From Phycisphaerales bacterium (GTDB lineage Bacteria; Planctomycetota; Phycisphaerae; WQYP01): a stretch of 64,000 nucleotides of DNA. The position numbers and the translations under genes were made by a program. The DNA lies in contig DAIDJN010000026.1 of NCBI GenBank assembly GCA_027451365.1, positions 64,494-128,493 on the forward strand. Direction: 5' to 3'. This document shows positions 40,062 through 49,589 of the stretch, in pieces (positions within the stretch are counted from its first letter, which is position 1; every line of letters starts with the position of its first letter). The notes beneath the pieces are model-generated. The model was not told the origin of the DNA. It worked only from the letters and a program-made list of their open reading frames with translations, and did no database searches.

Positions 40062-41453
40062 ATGCGTATACGTACAAATAAAGCATTTGCCGGTATCCTT
40101 TGTGCCGCGGCCGTCAGCGCCACTGGCGCGGCGGTGACTTCAGCGTCGCAAACCGTGATTCCGGTGGTAAACTCCGGATTTAATATGGTTTACCAGAGTC
40201 AGGCAAATTACCAAGCAAGCCTCTCTAATCCCTCAGTTGCCGTTACGGGTGACCTTGCCGGCGGGATCTGGACAAATGGCTGGGGCACCACCACGTTCAG
40301 CGGAGCCCTGACTTTCAGCGATGGTTCATCAAGCACCTCCGGCTACGTTCCGGGCTGGACCGGCACAGGTGGCGAACAGAATTTTGGTGCCACAACAACC
40401 GCGCCCAATCCGCGCAGTGGTGGTGATTACGCCTGGGCCAACGGTGCCGATATCTTCAGCCAGACATTAGGCGCAAGCATTACGCCCGGCGCAACCTATC
40501 TCCTGACAGCCGGCATTGACAACCGCTATTCCGGCGACACGCCGGTCTTGCAGCTGACCGCGGGGGGAACCGCGATTTCCGGGGCCTCTTATTTCGGAAT
40601 TGCCGGCAATTATCGGCAGGCACCTAATACGGTGGCGGAACTGGTTACCGCGCCCGCCGGTGCTTCCGGGGCCTTGGGCATTACCCTCGGTAATGCCGTT
40701 GGCAGCGGCGGACAAGCCATTTTTAACAACGTTCAGCTTGTCGAAAATCCAACAAGTATCCCCACAATTGTCCCTCCCGTTTATAACAATGGCCTTACCA
40801 TCAACAACCTTGGCGGCAGCGCGGCGGCGGTTGTGGTTGGCCCCGCCGACCAATCAAATCTAAACCCCACCGGAACCGTTAGCAATGCTTATAACAATAA
40901 TCCCGCCGGAAATACCATCAACTATTATACCAACAACGGCGCGCCTCCTGGCCAGACGTTCACCACCGGTACGGCCCAGGCCTATACTCTTAACAGCGTC
41001 ACGGTGCTGGATCAGGACGAACATGGCGGTTTTGCGGATAATGCCCTTGTCACACTGGATATAAGCAGCGTCAGTGGAAGCAATTACTCGCTGATCGCGG
41101 TCGTTTCCGGCACGGTGGCTGTCGGCACATCCACCGCCAGCGGCGATTACATGCAGCTTGTTCTTAATACGCCCATTACCCTCCAGGGAGGCAAACAGTA
41201 TGGCTTCTCCGTTGCCAGCAACACCGGCTACTCCGGCCTTGCCGCCGACAGCAACAATGATTACGCAGGCGGTACGCTCGCAGATTTTCAGCCTGGTATG
41301 TCGCCTACTGGCACACTCCAGACCAATACCGCGCTGCCTTCCAGCGTGTTTGATGTCAGCCTGACGGCGACGCCGGAACCTGCCAGTCTTTCACTGCTGC
41401 TCGTGGCCGCCGGATTGATGCTGCTGGCCAGGCGGAGGGTTGTTAAAGCCTGA
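40062..41453 (+). CDS. Secreted beta-rich PEP-CTERM protein (copy B)
   Basis: GGAGGAG SD before ATG 40062; signal peptide; long blocks identical to copy A (e.g. NYYTNNGAPPGQTFTTGTAQ); TPEPASLSLLLVAAGLMLLARRR. Confidence 0.9.
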   Translation: MRIRTNKAFAGILCAAAVSATGAAVTSASQTVIPVVNSGFNMVYQSQANYQASLSNPSVAVTGDLAGGIWTNGWGTTTFSGALTFSDGSSSTSGYVPGWTGTGGEQNFGATTTAPNPRSGGDYAWANGADIFSQTLGASITPGATYLLTAGIDNRYSGDTPVLQLTAGGTAISGASYFGIAGNYRQAPNTVAELVTAPAGASGALGITLGNAVGSGGQAIFNNVQLVENPTSIPTIVPPVYNNGLTINNLGGSAAAVVVGPADQSNLNPTGTVSNAYNNNPAGNTINYYTNNGAPPGQTFTTGTAQAYTLNSVTVLDQDEHGGFADNALVTLDISSVSGSNYSLIAVVSGTVAVGTSTASGDYMQLVLNTPITLQGGKQYGFSVASNTGYSGLAADSNNDYAGGTLADFQPGMSPTGTLQTNTALPSSVFDVSLTATPEPASLSLLLVAAGLMLLARRRVVKA

Positions 41454-41636
41454 GGCGGTTCGTTTTAGATGTTTTGCGGTTCATTCAGCGCCGCAGGCCG
41501 CCCGGCTGTGCATTTTATCGTCGGCCATGCGTGATGGAATCGCGGTCGGCTGAGCAGAATTTTGCCCCTTGGCTGACGAATGCATCCGGTGGGCCGGTAT
41601 TATGCCCGCCCAGCGCCAAATACAGGAGATCATAAT

Positions 41637-42449
41637 ATGAATAAGATCACTCATGATCGTCGTTCGACGGGATTTACACTCGTTGAACTGCTCGTGGTTA
41701 TCTCCATAATTGCGCTGTTGATCGCTCTTTTGCTCCCAGCCTTGGCCGCCGCCAAACAGGAGGCTCTTTCCGTTGCCTGCCTTTCCAACGAACGCCAGAT
41801 GGGCGCTGCCGAGCAGCTTTATCTTTCAGCGAACAATGGTCGCAGCTTTGATTGGACTTGGGGTGTCTGGGTAGCCCCCCTGGCCCCTTATGTGGACCGC
41901 CGACAGGCTGTGTTTATCTGCCCGTCGACCACTGTGAACACTGCGTTTCTATCCGCAAATGGTGGTCAGGGTTCTGCCAATTATGCCTGGCAGTGGAATG
42001 CCCCCGCCAATTACGTCATGTACAAATCCGCTCAAACCACGTTTAACTGCAGCTATTGCTTCAACGGCTGGCTTTACGGGGGAATTCATGGTTCGCTGGG
42101 ATCGTACCTTAATTCCTGGGATGAAGGCCAATCACCGGCGCTGTTTTATCCCGATGATATGACCTCCACAAATTTCAGCCCGGCCCGCATCCCTCTTATA
42201 TCCGATGGAATCTGGCCGGACTGCTGGCCCGATGCGAATAACCCACCGCCGATTAATCTTGATTACACGCCCAATGTATGGCAGTATCCAAGCCTGTACC
42301 GCGTCTGCATTAACCGGCACCAGGGAGCCGTGAATGTCGCCTACCTGGATGGCCATGCCGGACCGGTCAAGTTAATCGACTTATGGACGCTGCCATGGAA
42401 TCAGACTTGGGTAACGCGACATCCGCTTCCGACGTTGCCTTCCCGATAA
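41637..42449 (+). CDS. Prepilin-type N-terminal cleavage/methylation protein with H-X9-DG motif
   Basis: [52 protein letters not shown]; Trp/Tyr-rich body. Confidence 0.92.
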   Translation: MNKITHDRRSTGFTLVELLVVISIIALLIALLLPALAAAKQEALSVACLSNERQMGAAEQLYLSANNGRSFDWTWGVWVAPLAPYVDRRQAVFICPSTTVNTAFLSANGGQGSANYAWQWNAPANYVMYKSAQTTFNCSYCFNGWLYGGIHGSLGSYLNSWDEGQSPALFYPDDMTSTNFSPARIPLISDGIWPDCWPDANNPPPINLDYTPNVWQYPSLYRVCINRHQGAVNVAYLDGHAGPVKLIDLWTLPWNQTWVTRHPLPTLPSR

Positions 42450-42504
42450 TGGGCGACCACCGAAATCGGCCTTCATGCCGATTAAATGCGACCAGTGGCA
42501 CCCG

Positions 42505-43761
42505 TTATTGGTGGTGAATATCCGATATGTATATTGGGCCTGTTGACAACATAACCGACAGGCCCGTACTGGCCGCCGTGGCAGACCAAGTTTTTTTTCC
42601 AAGGTAATTGACGCACTGATATCGTCCTGCCCGCAGCGGCAGCGTGACGGCCTGCGATGATTGAATGGTTCCTGAACTGGTGGTCCACGCTACCCAGACG
42701 CGGCCACGCTTTCCGCCGAAAAGCAGAAGATAATCCGTAGGACCACCGACCGCGATTCGCTTCACAAACCGCAGGCCGCGAAGCTGCGCGACCAGGGTTC
42801 GACATGCGGTAAACGCCGGTTTAGGCGTGTAAACCTGGCGACGATCCGCATGATATTTGAACTTCACCATGCCGAAATGACGCTCCTGCGGATTTTTGTT
42901 TTTTCCATCGTCATGCCAGTCGTACCAGATGGACAATGGAATGCCATCCGCCAGATTGGTTAAAAATTCACGGGCCAGATAGGTGCCCTGTTTTGACTCA
43001 TTGCCATGCATCCATGTTGTGGAATATCCCCATTCGCCGGAAATAATTGGAACCACCCTGCTCCGGGGTTGATAGGGAGCAAGCATCCGCGACAGCTTCT
43101 GATAATCCGCTGTAACCGTTTCCGGCGGTCCCTGGCGATAGGGATGCATGCTCACACCCGCCCATTGCTTCAGTAGACCCGCCTTCAAAGAAGGCATCAG
43201 CCAGCGGTCATCCATACCCGAAAGCGCCGGGCCGATATAGGTAGCCGCCGGATTCACCCTGTGAATGGCCTGTCCGACCTGCAGAGCCAGAGTGGCGTAT
43301 TGCTGCGGCGTTGCGTGACCCATTCCATTGGGTTCGTTATACATTTCGAAGATGACCGGCGCATGGGCAAAATGAACGGCTGCAGCCACAGCCCAGCGCG
43401 TAAAAGCCGCTCGCTGGAGATTGGAAGCCGAAAAATTTCCCGACGAACCGGTATACAGTGGATTGCCGTAGTCCAAAATAAACAGGGCGTGCAAGTGATA
43501 ATGGCCAACAGCGGCGATCAATCGATCCCATGGCGTAAAGTCATAATGCCCCTTTGACCTTTCGGTGGCGGCCCACAGCAGATCCATTCGCACCCATTTC
43601 AGCCCGCTTGAAGCGAGCATACGCATTTCTCCCGGACGCGGATTAGTAAAATGAATATTGACTCCCAGACCATCGGGCACAACCGGACCGGGAAGGCTGG
43701 CGCGACTGACCGCAGTAAACAGCAGAACGGCAAGTATCTGTAAAAAAAGAATTCTGAACAT
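42505..43761 (-). CDS. Secreted clan GH-A glycoside hydrolase (GH5/GH39-like)
   Basis: GGAGG SD before ATG 43761; signal peptide ending SRA; LGVNIHF, WVRMD, YNEPN (acid/base), SMHPY, SGEWGY (nucleophile), WYDW. Confidence 0.88.
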   Translation of the reverse strand: MFRILFLQILAVLLFTAVSRASLPGPVVPDGLGVNIHFTNPRPGEMRMLASSGLKWVRMDLLWAATERSKGHYDFTPWDRLIAAVGHYHLHALFILDYGNPLYTGSSGNFSASNLQRAAFTRWAVAAAVHFAHAPVIFEMYNEPNGMGHATPQQYATLALQVGQAIHRVNPAATYIGPALSGMDDRWLMPSLKAGLLKQWAGVSMHPYRQGPPETVTADYQKLSRMLAPYQPRSRVVPIISGEWGYSTTWMHGNESKQGTYLAREFLTNLADGIPLSIWYDWHDDGKNKNPQERHFGMVKFKYHADRRQVYTPKPAFTACRTLVAQLRGLRFVKRIAVGGPTDYLLLFGGKRGRVWVAWTTSSGTIQSSQAVTLPLRAGRYQCVNYLGKKTWSATAASTGLSVMLSTGPIYISDIHHQ

Positions 43762-44547
43762 GAAATCCTCCGGAACGGAATTCTCGGATAGACGGAGAAT
43801 ATCCCCAGCGAGGCGAAGCCGCAATCGGCCGCCTAAGCACTGCAGCGCAAGCGAACAATTGCAAGCTGGTCAATCGAGCTTACAGGCGGGCCGGTAGGTG
43901 CCAATTCGCAGATGTCGCGCAGCGTTTAATCGACCTCCTGACCGTTTGAAAGCCGATTGCTATCCGCCCGCGATGGCGGCAACGTGTATTCCGGCAGATT
44001 TTATGCGCTGTAAAGCAATTCGATTCCCCGACAATAGAATAAAAATTCGCGATTTCAACCATTAGCTGGCGATACAGGATATGTCGATTATAGAAACGCT
44101 TCTTATGCGGAACCGTTTGGTTCGTGGCTTGGGAAGCCTGATTGTCGCGGCGGACGGCATTTCTGATGCCGACTCCAAAAGTACCGTTGCCCCTGCGCAG
44201 CGAGGCAGTTGTCGATCCTGGTGCGGCGGTTTATCGTCGATTGGGTGCCGGTGGGGACTCAAGGCAGGTCGTCTCCGCTGCGGTCATCATGAGCGGCAGG
44301 CGGGAAGCCTTGGCGCCGCCAAATGCGGCCGCCAAGTGCATTTTAATCAGACGCATGCGATTCTTGGGGCGGGTCCATAGCTCCATTTCGTCGGACAGGA
44401 CGCCAGCCCGCCGGCCATCGCCGTACCGTCAAAATCCGCGCAATAATCGACGTGGCTATCCGTAAATTCTCCCGGTTGCGGGTTGTCCGCTTAGCAGGTG
44501 TGTTATGGCCGAATTGCGGTTAGAATACAGGAAAACTTGAGGATACC

Positions 44548-45354
44548 ATGAGCGAAAGAAAAATCAGGATAGCGGTCTCCGGCGCAGCCGGCCGGATGGG
44601 AAACAGAATCATTACCATGGCCGGGGAACAGCCCAACCATTTTCAGGTTGTTGCGGCCATAGAACAGGCGCAATCGCCCTATATCGGCCACGACGCCGGC
44701 ACACTGGGACTGGGGCGCCCGAATGGCGTGATCATCGGCACATATCCGGGCGATGCGGTGGAAGTGATGATCGATTTTTCCGCCCCCGCCGGCACGCGAA
44801 CCTTGGTGAAATACTGCGTTGAACGCGGAATCGGCATGGTGATCGGCACGACCGGCCTAGGAACGGAAGACCAGAAAATACTGGACAATGCAGCGCGTTC
44901 GATTGCCGTTTTACAAGCGACCAACACCAGCCTGGGCGTGAATCTACTGTTGGGCATGGCCGCGCAGATGGCGCGGCAACTGGGACCGGCCTACGATATT
45001 GAAGTCATTGAAGCCCATCATAACCAGAAAAAGGATGCTCCCTCCGGCACAGCCATATCCCTGATTGAATCCATTTGCGCCGCCACTGGCCGCCATTATG
45101 ACGCCGCCGTGGTTAACGGGCGCGCCGGGCTGGATGCCCAGCGTCAGCCCGGCAGCATTGGCGTGCATTCAGTCCGCATGGGTGATGTGATTGGGGAACA
45201 TACGATATACTTCGCCACCGGCGGCGAACGAATGGAAATTAAACACGTGGCCACCACGCGGGATACGTTTGTCCGCGGCGCGTTGCGTGCGGCGGAATTT
45301 ATCGCGGCGCAAAAGGCTGGCCGCTACACGATGGCCAACGTTCTGGGATTATAA
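44548..45354 (+). CDS. dapB: 4-hydroxy-tetrahydrodipicolinate reductase
   Basis: GAAGRMG, IDFS, GTTG, EAHHNQKKDAPSGTA, GEHT. Confidence 0.96.
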   Translation: MSERKIRIAVSGAAGRMGNRIITMAGEQPNHFQVVAAIEQAQSPYIGHDAGTLGLGRPNGVIIGTYPGDAVEVMIDFSAPAGTRTLVKYCVERGIGMVIGTTGLGTEDQKILDNAARSIAVLQATNTSLGVNLLLGMAAQMARQLGPAYDIEVIEAHHNQKKDAPSGTAISLIESICAATGRHYDAAVVNGRAGLDAQRQPGSIGVHSVRMGDVIGEHTIYFATGGERMEIKHVATTRDTFVRGALRAAEFIAAQKAGRYTMANVLGL

Positions 45355-45478
45355 TGGCCGCCGCCAGAGGCCCGGCAACAAGTGACAGGTGGTCCGCGCC
45401 CGTGCGGCCAAAAGCACAACGACCGGAATTTTGGAAAGCCGGCGCATAAAGTTTCGATTATCACGGAGGATATTCGCC

Positions 45479-46756
45479 ATGCAGTCTCTGGTTATTGAAG
45501 GTGGAACACGTCTGCGCGGATCATTGCGCGTGAATGGGTCTAAAAATGCCGCCCTGCCGATTATGGCGGCTACATTGCTTGCCGATGGCGCATCGATCAT
45601 TCATGACATACCAGATCTTCAGGACATCCGTTCGCAGGTTGAACTGCTGCAAAAACTGGGAATGGATGTCTGCCGACGGCCCGATGGGGCCATGAGCTTT
45701 GAAGTCAAAAGCGAAACCGATTCGCACGCACCATATGATATTGTCCGCAAAATGCGGGCCAGCATTTGCGTCCTTGGGCCTTTGCTGGCCAAACGCGGTA
45801 AGGTGCGCGTATCCATGCCGGGCGGCTGTGCGATAGGCGACCGGCCGGTGGACATTCACTTAAAAGGTCTGCGGGCATTGGGCGCAAAAATTCACCTGGA
45901 CGCGGGCGATATTATTGCCGAAGCCAAAAAGCTGCATGGTACGGAAATATTTCTGGGAGGCAATTTTGGTTCCACCGTATTGGGAACCGCCAATGTCATG
46001 AGCGCCGCCACGCTGGCCCATGGAACGACCATTATTGAATCCGCCGCCTGCGAGCCGGAAGTGGTCGATCTGGCTGAATATTTAATTGCCATGGGGGCTA
46101 AAATTCATGGCCATGGGACGCCGCGAATTGTCATTGAGGGCGTTAACGCACTACACGGGGCGGAACACCGGATTATTCCTGACCGCATTGAAGCCGGAAC
46201 GTTTATGGTGGCTGCCGCCATTTCCAATGGCGAACTTCACGTCGAAAATGTCCGACTGGATCATCTTCTGGCCGCGGTGGAAAAATTGCGCGAAATAGGC
46301 GTTATTGTGGAAAAGGAAAACGGATCCGTTGTGGTTTCATCCGCTCGCGTGCTGGAGGCCACCACCATCACTACCCAACCGCACCCCGGTTTCCCCACCG
46401 ACTTACAGGCCCAGTTCATGACTTTGCTGTCCATAGCCGGCGGCAACAGCATTGTGACGGAAAAAATTTTCCCCGACCGGTTTTTACATGTGGCTGAACT
46501 TTCCCGTCTGGGTGCCCGCCTCCACCGGGAAGGAGCGACTGTCATTATTGAGGGACAAAAGCGGCTGGTGGGCGCGCCGGTCATGGCCAGTGATTTACGG
46601 GCCTCCGCGGCCCTGGTGCTGGCCGGGCTGGCGGCTCGCGGTCGAACCACGGTAAACCGGGTATATCACATTGACCGCGGATATGAAAACATTGAACAGA
46701 GGCTTAATGCCGTAGGTGCCCACATTCGCCGCGTGGAACAGGAAGAATTGGAGTAA
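45479..46756 (+). CDS. murA: UDP-N-acetylglucosamine 1-carboxyvinyltransferase
   Basis: [24 protein letters not shown] (Cys type), [32 protein letters not shown]. Confidence 0.97.
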   Translation: MQSLVIEGGTRLRGSLRVNGSKNAALPIMAATLLADGASIIHDIPDLQDIRSQVELLQKLGMDVCRRPDGAMSFEVKSETDSHAPYDIVRKMRASICVLGPLLAKRGKVRVSMPGGCAIGDRPVDIHLKGLRALGAKIHLDAGDIIAEAKKLHGTEIFLGGNFGSTVLGTANVMSAATLAHGTTIIESAACEPEVVDLAEYLIAMGAKIHGHGTPRIVIEGVNALHGAEHRIIPDRIEAGTFMVAAAISNGELHVENVRLDHLLAAVEKLREIGVIVEKENGSVVVSSARVLEATTITTQPHPGFPTDLQAQFMTLLSIAGGNSIVTEKIFPDRFLHVAELSRLGARLHREGATVIIEGQKRLVGAPVMASDLRASAALVLAGLAARGRTTVNRVYHIDRGYENIEQRLNAVGAHIRRVEQEELE

Positions 46757-47063
46757 ACAAATCGGAACCCGACCGGTTCGGATTCATCTTTATGCCGCCC
46801 GTAACGGTTTCCAGCATTAAAATCCGTATCGCTGGATGGAACAGTCTTGTGCGCGTATCCTGTTGACCGGTTTTTTAATGGTCCGACGTTTATGGCGGAT
46901 TGAATATTGTCCAAGGATCGCCCGGCCGCGATCGACCCGATATAGCGGGATTCGCCGCCCTTGGTCCATCCAGGCGTTTTTTAGTGGTGAATTCGGGCCG
47001 CGATGCGAGTTGCGGGCCGCCGCTGGAAAAAATGGGCTGACCCGGTTTTTAATGGAGTGGAAC

Positions 47064-48356
47064 ATGCGGACAGGCGTAGCAATTCTGGGCTGCGGCACGG
47101 TAGGTTCGGCCGTGGCCGAGATGCTGCTTAAAGAAAAATCGCTGCTGAAAAGGCGATCCGGGCGGACATTTGAATTGCGCCACATTCTGGTTCGCGATGC
47201 GGATCGCTTTCGCCCTGGCATTCCCCGGCAGCTTTTCACCGCCGATGCCGGCCGCATTCTGCGCGACCCTGAAGTGGACATTGTGGTGGAATTAATCGGT
47301 GGCCTGGATCCCGCTCAAAGCCTTATCACAAAAGCCCTGCGTGCCGGAAAACGGGTGGTAACCGCAAACAAGCATCTGCTGGCTCTGCATGGGGTTGAAG
47401 TATTCCGGGCGGCGCGGCAGGCCAAATCAAGTGTCTGTTTTGAAGCTTCCTGCGGCGGCGCAATTCCCATTGTCATGGCGCTGGCCCGCGGACTCGTGGC
47501 CAACGATATTGACCGCATTATCGGAATCGTCAACGGAACCTGCAATTATATTCTTACCCAAATGAGCAGTGGTGGCCAGACTTATGCCCAGGCACTCGCT
47601 GGGGCACAAGCCGCAGGCTTTGCCGAGCCGGATCCATCCATGGATGTGCGCGGCACAGATTCCGCTCACAAACTGGCTATTCTGGCAGCGTTGGCATTTG
47701 GCGTGCAGGTGCCGTTTGAGAAAATTCAAATTCAGGGTATTGATTCCCTCGACGCCGAGGATCTCTGTTATGGCCGCGAATTGGGATATGTCTGCAAACT
47801 GCTGGCCATCGCGGAAAAGATACAGGATGGCGTTTCGTTGCGGGTGCATCCGGCATTTGTACCCAAACAGCATTTACTGGCCAGTGTCAGCGGGCCGTTT
47901 AACGCCATCAGCGTGTTCGGTCACGCCAGCGGACAGACTCTGTATTACGGACGCGGTGCCGGTGGCCGGCCCACCGCCAGTGCGGTTCTGGCGGACATTG
48001 TGGATTCTGCGATGGGAACGGCGGATGTTCTTTTCCGCGAATTGCCGGCACTCGGAAAGCGCAAACCGGCTCTGGTGGTTCCGCCGCGCGCGGTAGTGAG
48101 CCGACACTATCTGCGCATGCAGGCCTTGGACCGACCCGGAGTCATGCACAAAATTACCGGCGTGCTGGGCAAAAACGGCATTTCGCTGGCGGCGGTCGCT
48201 CAACATGAATCCCGCGCCGAAAGTTATGTGCCGCTGGTGGTCATGACCCATGAAGCCAGCGATGGCAGCATTGGCAATGCGCTGGACGAACTCAATCAGC
48301 TTTCCTGCATACGCGGACAGGTGGCGCACCTGCGGGTGATAGACCCGGCGGTTTAA
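47064..48356 (+). CDS. hom: Homoserine dehydrogenase with C-terminal ACT domain
   Basis: GCGTVG, VELIGG, VVTANK, EASCGGAIP, GIVNGTCNYIL, GFAEPDP, GAGGRPTASAV, DRPGV. Confidence 0.95.
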   Translation: MRTGVAILGCGTVGSAVAEMLLKEKSLLKRRSGRTFELRHILVRDADRFRPGIPRQLFTADAGRILRDPEVDIVVELIGGLDPAQSLITKALRAGKRVVTANKHLLALHGVEVFRAARQAKSSVCFEASCGGAIPIVMALARGLVANDIDRIIGIVNGTCNYILTQMSSGGQTYAQALAGAQAAGFAEPDPSMDVRGTDSAHKLAILAALAFGVQVPFEKIQIQGIDSLDAEDLCYGRELGYVCKLLAIAEKIQDGVSLRVHPAFVPKQHLLASVSGPFNAISVFGHASGQTLYYGRGAGGRPTASAVLADIVDSAMGTADVLFRELPALGKRKPALVVPPRAVVSRHYLRMQALDRPGVMHKITGVLGKNGISLAAVAQHESRAESYVPLVVMTHEASDGSIGNALDELNQLSCIRGQVAHLRVIDPAV

Positions 48357-48386
48357 ACCGGTTTGGTTTTTTGGGATTATTCCATT

Positions 48387-49589
48387 ATGAAATATGCAAT
48401 TGTTATTCCGGATGGAGCTGCGGATTCCCCGATTGACGAACTGGGCGGCAAAACGCCGCTCGAGGTGGCCCGCAATCCCAACATGGACAATGTCGCCATG
48501 ATTGGGCGCATTGGAACCGTTCGCACCACTCCACCCAACTTCAGCGCAGGCTCGGATGTCTGCACACTTTGCCTGCTGGGCTACGACCCGGCTAAATATC
48601 ATCCCGGCCGGGCACCGCTGGAGGCCGCGGCCATGGGGCTTAAACTGGCTCCCGAAGATTGGGTATTCCGCTGCAATTTTGTCACCATAGTGGATGATGT
48701 GATGGTGGATCATTCCGCGGGTCATATTACCGATGGCGAAGCCCGTACCCTGCTGGAAGCAGTGGTTCAACAGATTGCCCCGGCGGGAACCGGTTCGCCT
48801 GTGATATTTCATCCGGGAGTCAGTTATCGCAACCTGATGACGATTCATGGCGGAGACTTTTCGCGGCTGGCCACCACGCCACCGCACGATATTCCCGACC
48901 AGCCTATCAAAACCCACTTGCCCAAAGGGGCAGGCAGCCAAATGCTGCTGGACATGATGCAGAAAGCCCATGCGGTTCTAAAAGATCATGAGGTGAATCT
49001 GGTACGGCGGCAATTTGGGGAAAACCAGGCCACAGACATCTGGCTGTGGGGCCAGGGCCGGGCGGCCAATGTGCCGGCATTTGCCCAGCGTTTCGGCAAG
49101 CAGGGCGCCATGATTACCGCCGTTGACCTGCTGCGCGGCATTGCCAACCTGCTGGGCTGGCAAAACATTGTTGTACCCGGTATTACCAGTTATCACGATA
49201 CAGATTATGCCGCGCAAGGCCGTTATGCCTGCGACGCACTGGACCATTACGACATTGTCTGTTGTCATGTGGAAGCACCGGATGAAGCCAGCCACCAGGG
49301 CGATTACGCCACTAAAATTGCCAGCATTGAAAGTATAGACCAATATGTGGTTGGGCCGATTCTGCAAAAACTCCAGACTTTTCCCGAATGGCGGCTCCTG
49401 ATTATGCCGGACCACGCCACACAATGCTCCACGCGCAAACATCATGATGCGCCAGTTCCCTTCGCCATGGCCGGCACCCAGCGAAAATCCGCTGTGCCCC
49501 GACCTTATACGGAAGCCGCCGCCCGCAGCAGCGATTTGCACGTGGAAACCGGACATGAATTGATGGATTATTTCCTGGCTGGCGGCTAA
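48387..49589 (+). CDS. apgM: Cofactor-independent phosphoglycerate mutase-like protein (ApgM; proposed homoserine kinase subfamily)
   Basis: PDGAAD, TPLE.A..PNMD, GSDV, GRAPLEA, TPPHD, WLWGQG, HVEAPDEASHQG, PDHAT. Confidence 0.92.
   Translation: MKYAIVIPDGAADSPIDELGGKTPLEVARNPNMDNVAMIGRIGTVRTTPPNFSAGSDVCTLCLLGYDPAKYHPGRAPLEAAAMGLKLAPEDWVFRCNFVTIVDDVMVDHSAGHITDGEARTLLEAVVQQIAPAGTGSPVIFHPGVSYRNLMTIHGGDFSRLATTPPHDIPDQPIKTHLPKGAGSQMLLDMMQKAHAVLKDHEVNLVRRQFGENQATDIWLWGQGRAANVPAFAQRFGKQGAMITAVDLLRGIANLLGWQNIVVPGITSYHDTDYAAQGRYACDALDHYDIVCCHVEAPDEASHQGDYATKIASIESIDQYVVGPILQKLQTFPEWRLLIMPDHATQCSTRKHHDAPVPFAMAGTQRKSAVPRPYTEAAARSSDLHVETGHELMDYFLAGG

Noticed and set aside
37842..41425. Diversity-generating retroelement (TR/VR) explanation for the 80-nt repeat
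   Set aside because: No reverse transcriptase in the window, only one mismatch, both copies are coding, and the tract covers the anchor rather than a variable ligand site.
43830..44540. ORFs or a third operator copy upstream of the GH gene
   Set aside because: No TTTTCCACA/TGTGGAAAA repeat found, and the ORFs look non-coding.
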